DNA of 63,619 bases, counting the filler, from Octopus bimaculoides (Eukaryota): NCBI RefSeq assembly GCF_001194135.2. It is 5 parts of 5 records of this genome, joined end to end, with 100 filler letters (N's around TTAATTAATTAA, not from the genome) between each part and the next. Parts side by side here need not be neighbours in the genome. Positions count along the whole stretch, not along the records: positions 13,259 to 39,861 come from NC_069000.1; positions 39,962 to 56,951 come from NC_068982.1; 3 more parts are not named here. The stretch is one strand, 5' to 3'. Position numbers and translations under genes: made by a program. Under the pieces are notes generated by a model. It was not told the DNA's origin. It worked only from the letters and a program-made list of their open reading frames with translations, and made no database searches. This document shows, one piece after another, positions 39,000-49,627 of this stretch. Positions within the stretch are counted from its first letter, which is position 1, and each line of letters opens with the position of its first letter.

Positions 39000-39560
39000 C
39001 CCGTTGGCCATAATGTATAAACGCTAAGGTAGATTAAATTTTTCCCTTTTCCTTCTTTCCTACCATCTTCGGCAACTCTGAAAGTAAGAGGTGTGAATGC
39101 ACGTGACCTGAGGTCATCCTGGAAGCAGTATCACTTGCTAAACAATTTGAGGTCACTGAGCATGGTTGTAGTAACCATCTGCGAATTTAGGATAGAATTT
39201 GGCACTTCTCGTCGATGGACTGGTCGGTGATTCCAAATATATCTATGCACAACCGTCACGTCACGCGATATATCATACATACAAAACCTTGCATGGGATC
39301 TACAGCATTGAGGCCTGCATCTTTCGTCGTCTTCTCGTTGAGTTAGCCATGTGTTTTGGATGATGGGTAACCAGCTCGCAAAATGGTTCTTTTTAGCGAG
39401 ATCAGGACTGGAGGTAGGTCATATGGACGTCCAAAACTTTGTTTTACGGATCAACTCCAGCAGTCTCTCATTTTATACGGTGTCCCTCGCAACTGGTTGG
39501 AGCCCCTGGCTGTTAATCGGAAGACATGAAAGTCCGTACGTGATGCTGGAGTAGAACGCT
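39000..39560 (-). mobile_element. Degenerate Tc1/mariner-superfamily transposase C-terminal fragment
   Basis: Minus strand *QPGAP (QQDGAP-like) followed by *PTSSPDL (WPxxSPDL-like). Confidence 0.5.
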
Positions 39561-39812
39561 TTGAAACCGAACACGGGAGACTGCACGAAGAGAGGAAGAG
39601 ATATTGTTATCAACCCCACTGACGCTGCTTTTCGGGGTCACTTTCAGTGCCCTCAGAGTCACAGGATCTGTCTATCTTGTATCGGTTTTGTTAGTCACAT
39701 CCGCTCCCATGAGAAACATTGTGTAGGTGGCTGAGGAGGATAAACGTTTTGGATCGACGCTGTCACCACCTTTGATGGGCTGTCATGTATATTTATATTT
39801 CATTCTTAACGC

Positions 39813-39850
<38 letters not shown>

Positions 39851-40075
39851 CTCTCTCTCTCNNNNNNNNNNNNNNNNNNNNNNNNNNNNNNNNNNNNNNN
39901 NNNNNTTAATTAATTAANNNNNNNNNNNNNNNNNNNNNNNNNNNNNNNNNNNNNNNNNNNNAGAGCTTTTTTATAGCAAATAAATAACAGCAAATGGCTC
40001 ACAGCTACTAATAACTGTGAAAAACGAAACCGGAAAAGTCATAGTAGTGACAGGGGAAACCCAAGTATCAATAAA

Positions 40076-40133
<58 letters not shown>

Positions 40134-40284
40134 GCACACATATACATATACACAAAGGGTAGATATACATATACACACACATGCATGTACATATATTCAC
40201 ACATACACACGCACATGCGCACATACACATACACATGCGTGTATATGCTTAGTACAGAATTCGTTGTATGTAGTACATATTATA

Positions 40285-40504
40285 CGAGTGGGGGGCTGAA
40301 AAGTGACCTGGTTTTGGGTAAAAGAAAATACAGTGAGGATCAGTTAATTATGATTTTATTCTACATATTTACCTCTCAGATTCACACACTTATTACAGCT
40401 GTCCTTCGGCTTTTCTAAGCCCTGTAAAAGAACTCGGAAGGTTGGCCTTCCAACCAGGCCTTTTGCAATACCCTTAAAGCCAGAAACTTTTCAGTGTCCC
40501 CTCG
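40285..40504. mobile_element. Mariner-type MITE
   Basis: TA|CGAGTGGGGGGCTGAAAAGT ... ACTTTTCAGTGTCCCCTCG|TA; 220 bp with TA flanks. Confidence 0.8.
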
Positions 40505-40724
40505 TATATGTGCGTGCAATAAATTTCACATATGTGTATGTTAACTTAAATACCATAAATTCTGAAGTGATCCATTTTTATGAGTAAAAATATAGAAATT
40601 GTATTAGGCTACGTCAGTATATCAATGTATGTGTATGTATTGTTGTTGTTTCTATTTGTTTTTGAACCTCAGTTCAACCATGGTTGATAATTATTGGCAA
40701 AAATCGTTCTGTCTGTGACCATCA

Positions 40725-40770
40725 ATGTCATCAGTTATAATTGATGTCAAACTAAAAGACAATAAGGCAG
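40725..40770 (+). CDS. SDR gene, first coding exon (MSSVIIDVKLKDNKA-G)
   Basis: Acceptor tttctatttgtttttgaacctcag ends at 40672. ATG at 40725 is open to a phase-1 donor CAG|GTATAC (40770/40771), which joins in frame to the phase-1 acceptor at 41175/41176. Confidence 0.6.
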
Positions 40771-40799
40771 GTATACGTTGACTTACGGGATAGAGACTC

Positions 40800-41040
40800 T
40801 TATTGAGTCATATAGACTCATAGGACCGATTTCCCGGTTTCCATGCCGTATATATTCCCCACCTGGACGAGACACCGATCCGTCGCAAGATGACTCATTT
40901 TTGCCAGCTGAGTGGACTGGAGTAACGTCAAATGAAGTGTTTTACACAAGAACACAACGCGTCGCCCGGTCTAGGAAGCGAAACCACAATCTTACGATCA
41001 TGAGTTCAACACTCTGACCACAAAGCTCATGCGCCTCCAC
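40800..41040 (-). mobile_element. tRNA-derived SINE inside the SDR intron
   Basis: Minus strand gtggaggcgcatg...gtggtcagagtg...gtggtttcgcttcctagaccggg head, resembling the head of 62386-62780, followed by gttgtgttcttgtgtaaaacacttc. Confidence 0.75.
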
Positions 41041-41175
41041 ATACGTTGATATATTTAGTTATTATCTATATCATGTAGAGTGAGACCACATAGGAAGGTT
41101 TTCTCTCTGTGTGTTTGCATTTGTCGTTTTGTTCTTATAAACTTTTAATACTCTCTTTGTATTTGTATATTCTAG

Positions 41176-41966
41176 GTAACCATAATGAAGAAAGGCAAAA
41201 AATTGCCATAGTTACTGGAGGAACAGGTGGCATAGGTTTCGCAACTTCCAAAGCTCTTGCTTCTCAAGGTTACAATTTAATTCTTGGTTATCTTTCTGAC
41301 AGTGAAAATGCCAAGAAATGCTTACAGGAATTGGAAACAGATTTCAACATCGAAGTTCGGACAATTAGCGGAGATGTTTGTGAAGAAGGCACTGTGAATT
41401 CGTATTTTAGCTGCTTGAATGAAATGAACGGCAAGCTCACTGCTATTGTTCACACTGCTGGACTTTTTAAACCAAATTCTTTTTCGAAGGACCCGAATAC
41501 TTGTTTTAGTACTTTTGAATACTACGACTATTACCAAGATATCTATCCTAAGTGTTTCATACGTTTAGTAGAAACGGGAATGAAGTTTATGGAAGATGGT
41601 CATGGCTATATAGTCTGCTTGTCAAGCCCTGGTTGTAATATCAATGACCATGTCCGACTTGGTTACATGATGCCAGGTACAGGGAAATGTGTACTTGAGT
41701 ACCTGTCTCGTCATTATGCTAAAATGTTAGCAAAGAGGGGAATCTCTTGTAATTGCATTGTTCCTGGATACATACAAACGAAACCATGGAAACTGAGAGA
41801 AAGCATTTTGGGTCCTGATGTTGGTTGCCAGAGAACACCGATGGGTCGATGGGGTCAACCCGAAGAAATAGGAGATTTTATTTCATATTTATGTTCTCCT
41901 AAAGCAAGTTTTCTTACCGGTGCTACCATTCCATTTGACGGAGGTTTGAGTCTTGGGAAGCAGTGA
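41176..41966 (+). CDS. Short-chain dehydrogenase/reductase, FabL/FabI (enoyl-ACP reductase)-like; main exon
   Basis: Uninterrupted frame with IAIVTGGTGGIG (Rossmann TGxxxGIG), GDV, IVHTAG, IVCLSSPG, YMMPGTGK (Y-x6-K), NCIVPGYIQT, TPMGRWGQPEEIG and FLTGATIPFDGG. Preceded by a pyrimidine tract and TAG acceptor; AATAAA at 42084 and 42140. Confidence 0.93.
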
Positions 41967-42779
41967 ATTTAAAAAGAGATAATTAACAGCTATCTCTGAG
42001 TTTTTCAGATCTTTATGGAAAAGTTATATTCAAAGTTAGAATATATTTCAATAATTTTTCATCTTATATGCATTGATAAAGAGAATAAAGTTTATTCGAC
42101 GAACTTTTTTTTACATAATCAGAATTCATTTGGTGGTTTAATAAATCAACTAATATTTTTCTTAATGGTATTCGTCTATTTTCATCGTACTGATTCCAAG
42201 AAATATTGATCTGTGATATTTTTTTATTTTTATATATTTACCATGCACCGTGGAAACTCTGTTTTACCACCTCAAACAATTTGTTGAAACCGCTTATAAA
42301 AGTGCACGGGGTATCTAAATTTTGGTGAAGTACTGATAAATGGAATGGCTAACAGAAGCATCTGCTTATAGTCTTTAATTTACTCGGAATAAAAAATAAC
42401 AAGTTAAATATTAAGCATTTGTTATTCATTAATTAGTTGATTTATTATTCAATCAATAAAACAATAAAAAAAACCTTGATTATATAATTCAAGCTGTAAT
42501 TGTTAGAGAATATATAAGAAAAAAATACCTACTATAATTCTTGTCTTGGCATATTTCCAAAGCTCCAGCTTGTCTTGCAGCGAATTTACATTCGTAAATG
42601 AGAAATTAAAAATACATGTAGAAGACTGTAAATGCAGAAGAATTATGTTTCCAAGAGATTTATATGTTTAATCTTATCAACTATCTAATGATCTTTATTA
42701 TTATAAACTGCCTAATGATCTTGTTTATCATTATAAATAGAGACATCAATTGTTGTGGCTGGCAATGTGTCAGGCTGCT

Positions 42780-43033
42780 GAACGAAGGATTTAAGAACAT
42801 ATGCACAGTCGTGTGGATAGTTCACTTCGAAACTACATGGTGCCAGGGTTCGATCCCACTGAGCGAGACTTTGGGCAAGTGTCTCAAGTTAGGTAATACT
42901 TTGCGAATAGTATTTGGTGGGCGAAAACTGTGCAGAAGCCCAACGAGTGTGTGTGTGTGTGTGTGTATGTATGTGCATATACACGCATATACATACATAC
43001 GACCATGCATAGATATATATACATACACACACA

Positions 43034-43118
<85 letters not shown>

Positions 43119-43460
43119 TTTATCTTTTATTTGTTCAATCATTAGACTTCGACCATGCTGGGGCACCGCCTTGAAAATTTTTAGCCGAATTAATCGATCC
43201 CAGTACGTTTTTTAAAGTCTGGTACTTTTTCTATCGGTTACTTTTGCCGAACCGCTAGAAAAGGGGACATAAACATACCAGCACCACTTGTCAAGCTGTA
43301 GTGGAAGACAAACACAGACACAAAGACACACACACGACTGGCTTCTTTCAGTTTCCGTTCACCAAATCCATTCACAAGGCCTCTATAGTAGAAGACACAT
43401 GTAGTGGGACTGAACCTGGAATCATGAGGTTAGGAAGCAAACTTCTTACCACACAGTAAT
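42780..43460. mobile_element. SINE family A: + strand 5' part (about 42780-42950) and - strand copy (about 43130-43460) around a (TA)n
   Basis: Head and core motifs of family A in both orientations. Confidence 0.75.
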
Positions 43461-43486
43461 GCGCGCGCGCCTATATACATGCATAT

Positions 43487-43554
<68 letters not shown>

Positions 43555-43599
43555 GTTATACATAAGAGAAATGAAAAATGAAAACAAACGAACATGTTA

Positions 43600-44290
43600 T
43601 TTAAATCATTTATATCACCGTCATATATGTTTCGATGGATACATTAAATTAATCTGGAAGGGAAAATAAGATGGAATAATGTATCAATCTCATCAGGGTG
43701 GAGATTATAAATAACAGTGTTCATTAATAAACCATGTTTACAAATGTAAGAAATTATAATATATAAAAACAAAAAGTGAATAGAGAACGCTTGTAGTTTT
43801 TAAAATACCGTTAACTAATTTGACGTCATTAGTCGAGAGAGGAAGAAAAAGAAAAAAGAAAGAAAATTAAAGAAGTAATGGAGGACTTAACAAATAGAAA
43901 GGTGAATGACAAATGGATAGAAATGATAAAGGAAAGAATGGAATGCGTGGATTGAAGAGAATAAAGTGAAAATTACCGATATAATTAGGCAAAGGGGAGC
44001 AGATATTATTTGAAATAGCTGAAAGTGTGTTTTTTCCAATGTAAACACCTGTAAACACGTTCTTTATAGGTGCTGACAAGTGTGTGTTTGGAAAAAAGGA
44101 TAAACAGTTGTTCATCCGTACAAAGAGGGCAAAAAGACTTGCCCTTATCATAAGGGGACGATCTTGACAAAATTTTTCAGTCTAAAGTAAATTGTTTATT
44201 ACAGTCTTTGAGATACCAAACTAGTTTACTAAGACCTGTAGTATTACGTTTACTAATTTATTCAAATGTAGAAAGATGATTAGCTATGCG

Positions 44291-44354
<64 letters not shown>

Positions 44355-44790
44355 TCAGTGGACGAAAGACCAACATAGAAAAATTCTTTAGTTTCTGAAG
44401 TAACTTTGCATTCGTAGACAAACATTTTTGATTTTGAAATTTCCATTGAGAACACATGTTCGATTTGGATCACAATTACAAGTAATATTACAATTAATAT
44501 TATTATTTAAAGAGCGATTATCATTATTTATATTATTGTTATTATATTTATTAAGGGAATCACTTTTACAGTTAAGAATATAATTGTTATGTGAAGAGAT
44601 AATCTGTAGGAGATTATTAATGTTGCAAAAACCAATTCTGATACGATGTGAGTTGAGAATAGAATGGTACCTCGAATTTTGGGGGAAGGTTCCTTTTGAT
44701 GGCTTTACGAAACAGGTAAGGAAGATTACTATTAATTTGTTTATCGTATGGAATAACAAGCCAAATAGTTTTATTTTGGCAATGCAATTT
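43600..44790 (-). mobile_element. Second Penelope-like element, 3' portion (linker, GIY-YIG endonuclease, 3' UTR)
   Basis: IISSHNNYIL...CNC...VYECKVTSETKEFFYVGLSSTE...KRIANH...TGLSKLVWYLKD...PYDKGKSFCPLCTDE...CLH. Confidence 0.85.
43616..43700 (-). ncRNA. Degenerate type I hammerhead ribozyme in the 3' UTR of the second Penelope-like element
   Basis: Minus strand: CACC-CTGATGA-GATTGATACATTA-(30-nt loop)-TAATGTATCCATC-GAAA-CATATAT-GAC-GGTG. Stems I and II pair, but the triplet is GAC rather than GUC. Confidence 0.7.
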
Positions 44791-45565
44791 ATAGGAAGAT
44801 TTCTGGAGTTATTCCTCAGTCTGGGTGTTTCACGTCACCACTCCTGTATGTGCCTTTGTCCCAGCTGTTGGTACATTTGGTATATAAGGGAGTTTGATTC
44901 AGCTGCCCTCGTCTGTACCTCATGTCGGGCTGTTTACTCTCCGGTATTGTGGAGAGGAGGATGTCTAATTCCTTTTTGAAGACACCTACTTCCACCTTAT
45001 GTAAATTTCTTAATTTTTGTGGCAGGGCATTGAAGAGCTGTGGGCTTTTGAATCCTAGACTATTGCAGTACCTGGTCCTGAATTTAGATGGAGTGGATGG
45101 TACCTTTAGTACAATACAATGGCAGCCAGTTCTAGCATTTCTACAACACTCAATGCCAAAGTTAGGTTCTAGTCCTTCTAGGGTTTTTCATATGTATATT
45201 ATTGCATATCTCTCACGCCTTCGCCCCAGGGCGTAAAGCTGTAGTTTTCTCAGCTTATCCGTGTAGCACTGTTTCAATCTTTTTAATTTAGTGGCATTGG
45301 ACTGCTTCAAGCTCCGCTGTTAGTTTGGCACTATGTAGTCCAGGCAGTAGTCCAGGCAGCTGAGAACAAAGGTTCTCCACGGGGTCAACATAGTTTATTG
45401 GTCTCTTGTCTTGAAGGACCTCGGGATCCATCCTGCCTGTTGTCTGCACTTTGCTGCCATCTTGATAATGTGCATATGAAATGATGCGTCATTGCACATA
45501 TTGCTTCCCCAAGCCTTTCACTGCCTGTGACTCTGGGATTGTAGCGCCTTCAGGTCTTGTAAATG
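44790..45565 (-). mobile_element. CR1-type LINE 3' portion
   Basis: AAKCRQQAGWIPRSFKTRD...LDYC...LRKLQLYALGRRRERYAII...LFNALPQKLRNLHKVEVGVFKKELDILLSTIP. Confidence 0.85.
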
Positions 45566-48500
45566 TATATATATTGTATATGTGTCTATGTGTATCTATC
45601 TGTCGCCGAGGTAAATCAGCGAGAAAATCAACAAATTGGTGTTTTACGAACGAAATCTTTTCAGATAGAATGAAATCTTTTCAGATAGATATTCCCTTGC
45701 CACTCTCGCAATGATAAACCTGTTGGAAACATGCAACCAGCGACGCCATTACTAATATATTGCGATATAGATAAATTATTTAACCCTTTCATGTAGAGCA
45801 TACCAACTAGTAATTATGTAAGATTAAGTTTGGTAGGGTTTGTTGAAAGAGAAAGAAAAACTTGTGGAAGCGAAATGTATAAGAAATTGGAATGAATAAG
45901 ATATTGGACTAAATACTCGTAGATCGTGAGTTCAAATCATCTTTTAGACATTTCGTTATCTCTCTCTCCTCTCATCTCTCTTTCTTTCTCTCTCTCTCTC
46001 CCTCCCCCTCTCTCTCTCTCCCTCCCCCTCTCTCTCTCTTTCCACTTCCCTCTTAGAGAAGGATATAATTTTATATGGGCTCAATTTTTCTGTCTACGAA
46101 GAGATCAGTAGGATAGATCACCCGAAGCATGATCTACTTTACATCACTGAATAAGTAAATATTTAACATTGTTTTAATGCTTTAAGGGTAGCTTACCTCT
46201 GTCATCATTGGGTAGATTGTATAATCATCAAATATTTCATTAACTTACAGCGATGTGTTCGTGCGATCGTATGGGTTTAGAGGAATACATGAGAAAACGT
46301 AGCAATACTCCGTCTCGGACGAGTTTCTGTAAAGATCTTGTTCCGACTTTTTGTTGGATCTTAATAGTCCTATTGTAATGCATAAATGCATGCTTAGTGA
46401 CTGGTGTGCAACAGTCCACATTACGTTAAATTTATGGTTCACAGACATCAAATACCAAGGAATTCTAGTGAGAATTCAACGTAATAACGTTTTATTAACT
46501 TTGACTCGCAAAGTCATTCAAGTCGCTAAAACTCTTTTAAAAATACATGAAGTAACTATTTCATGCCGTCACTCCCTCTGTAAATCCAAATCTACATGTA
46601 TGTGCAAAACACCAGTTATAAGATAGTTGTTGACTGTCATCAAGTCAAAAGTCTGTCTATTATTTACACGCATAACGCAGTGAGCTGGTAGAATCGTTAG
46701 CACGCGGGCAAAATGCGTAGCGGCATTTCTTCCGGCCTTACATTCTGGATACAAATTACGCCAACGCTACTTTATCTTAAAGTACCAGTTGATGTAATCT
46801 ACTAGCCTCAACGCCCACCCACCCGTAATTTCAGGCCTTGTGTATATGGTAGAAAGAAATATTTGCACGCATTTTACTCTAATGTGGTCAGTCAGAAATT
46901 ATTCTTCTAAATAAATTAGAAAATTTCATCTTGGTGATTATGCACGGTTTTGTAAAGGAAAGTGTTATGAGCGATTAGTTTTACCCCATTGTAAAATTAG
47001 TACTGATTAGTAGAATAATAATTAAATATTTAACGTGAAGTATATTTGCCACTTAAATGCGGCTAACCACTAAGGGTGAATGCTACTGTAGCTTGAAGTC
47101 TCAGGAGAACATCTCCTCCAGCTGGCTATTGACACACTTTCTATGCCCTATCAGTATTTGCGAAGGGAAGTCATCCTTCCCATCGTCGACCTGATGTGAT
47201 ACGCATGGACCCTGGTTAACAAAATATTGTCACTCAGCTTTAGTTAAAAATCTTATATTGTAAGAGTTATTTCCCATGTGACCAGTTAGCCTGATTGAAA
47301 ATGTTTACTTTTTTCTTTTCTCAATCACCAGCATTATCGAAATATGTTGTTGTGGAACACATCCCAGTTATCAATGTATAAAGCAGTTGAGAGAGATATT
47401 TTCCTTCGTATAGCTAACGTTTCTCTAATAGCTGGAACACCAATATAGCGTGGGTAATGAATATACATGTGCACGGTGTCATCTCAATATATTTAATAAA
47501 AATATTTTGTCTCGCTGTGAAACTTAGCTCTGTGCTGTAACCACAGAACATACTTCAAGGATTTTCTCTGAAAGCGTGGTGGGCCATGTTGAAAAAACTA
47601 ATGTAAACTGAAGTCAATTTCCCTTTCTTGATCAAAAGTAACCATCAAATATTGATAACCCTTATTGACTTCAGTGAAGTTAATAAGGCATATTCACTGG
47701 TATATTCTCTGCGAGAATACAACCTAAGCCTAGCTAGCTTCCATACGAAAAGAGTAAGAGTATTGTGTAATTTAGGAGTATGTTAATATTGTTTAGGAGT
47801 AAGATGATTATGGCTAAAGCATCAGCACAATGCTCCAATACTGAATTTAAGACAGGAGTCCCCGAGTTATTTCTCTCAGTTTTTCCATTTGAATTAAGTC
47901 TTGCTTTTCATTATGTGGTTGATTTGTATCCTACATCCAATACTAAAATAACATCGTAGAAGCATCAACCTTCAGTTAGATATATTATTTGACTTCCAGT
48001 AGCTTCACGTGCGATGACGAAATGGTGATGAATGTGAAGCTGGAAAACTTAGAGGATTAAGAAATATGTGTTCCAATTACACTGAAAGACCGAATGTAAT
48101 TTCTTGGGTAATTTCAGTTATGTAAAAGGCAGAAAAAAAACTTGAAGGGCAGAAAAATACTTGAATCGTGTTCGGGTGGAAGCAATGTGAAGCCTACAGG
48201 TTCTGAAAGTAGAGTCCATTTTTGTAACCAGACAGGTAGGAGCAAAATAGCTGAGTGTGAATGGCACTGGAAAAACAGCTCCATTTTACCTGAACTCCCA
48301 CCGATATGCAGTGTTAATGTCCAATTTGGTAAACAGTTTTCGAGTTGTTGAAGAATAATTAAATACAGTTATATCTTAACTTACGTCGCTTCAGATTACG
48401 TCTTTTTCAACTTAAAGTGATCTTGGTGGGGTGGGGGTTAAGAACATTAATCGATTTATCGGACTTTACGTCGATCACAGCGAAAATATATAAGTTAGAA

Positions 48501-49347
48501 ATTAAGAAACACCTAAATAAAGTACATGTAAAAATATGCACACATCATTTATTAAAACAGATATGAACAAATAATTAAAAAAGTTTTTTTGTTTTCCAAG
48601 TTACCTCATTTTTCTTTATATTGCATGTCTTTGAAGCAATTACTGACATAAGTTGAGGTATGCCTCTAATTGCTAAAATAAACATTTGTCATTATCTCTT
48701 TTTAAAAATTTCAAATTCTGCCGAGGTCGTCTTTGCCTTTCATTCTCTCGGAGTCGATAAAATAAATACCTGTAAACCACTGGGATCAATGTAATTGACT
48801 TCAACACCTCTCAAAATTGCCGGCCATGTGCCAAAATAAGAAAGGATTATCTATATTTAAAAATTAATGTAGAAGTTATCTCCCTGATTTTTAATCTTCA
48901 CTTTCTGTAATTTTTTCTTTGCTTGTAAACATCTGCTTTTAATTATTCCCCTTGCATGTACGAAGTATATGAAAAGAATTATTAATGTTTGTAAACGTTG
49001 CGGTTAAATAATTGCAGATAATTTTTTTAATTTATGTTTTTAAGAAGGGACGGGGTGGATAACTATGTCTGTTTAATGTTGGATAGAAAGTTCGTATCTA
49101 TACAGTATTTAATCTTCCCGGAGAAAAATTTTAGTGAACCAACTTCAGATAATACAGATATTCATTATACAAAAAGTTAATATCTGAAACCGAAATATAG
49201 CAACAGAGTGGCAAAGACATCTCGATAAATTAATCCATTTATAAAGTTTCCAGATTAAATCCAAATCATTTGTAGTCGATTAGTCCAACAGAACTACACA
49301 AATTGATGAAATTCAATAACATCTACTAATGGGACATCTTCCCCCCT

Positions 49348-49384
<37 letters not shown>

Positions 49385-49422
49385 CATTCATATATGTATC
49401 TGTGTGTGTGTGTGTGTGTGTG

Positions 49423-49457
<35 letters not shown>

Positions 49458-49537
49458 GCTGCATACATACACGTGTGTACATACGAGCGTGCGCGCAAGC
49501 ACACACGCTCACACACTAACACACGCATACAAGTGTG

Positions 49538-49627
<90 letters not shown>

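Noticed and set aside
41109-41175. ORF-track N-terminus of the SDR (alternative GTG start, MCLHLSF...)
   Set aside because: This segment is the intron polypyrimidine tract ending in a TAG acceptor, not coding sequence.
47600-48360. Possible ancient Gypsy remnants (KLFTKLDINTAY; SNGKTERNN) on the minus strand
   Set aside because: Only two short motifs with wrong spacing; insufficient without a profile search.
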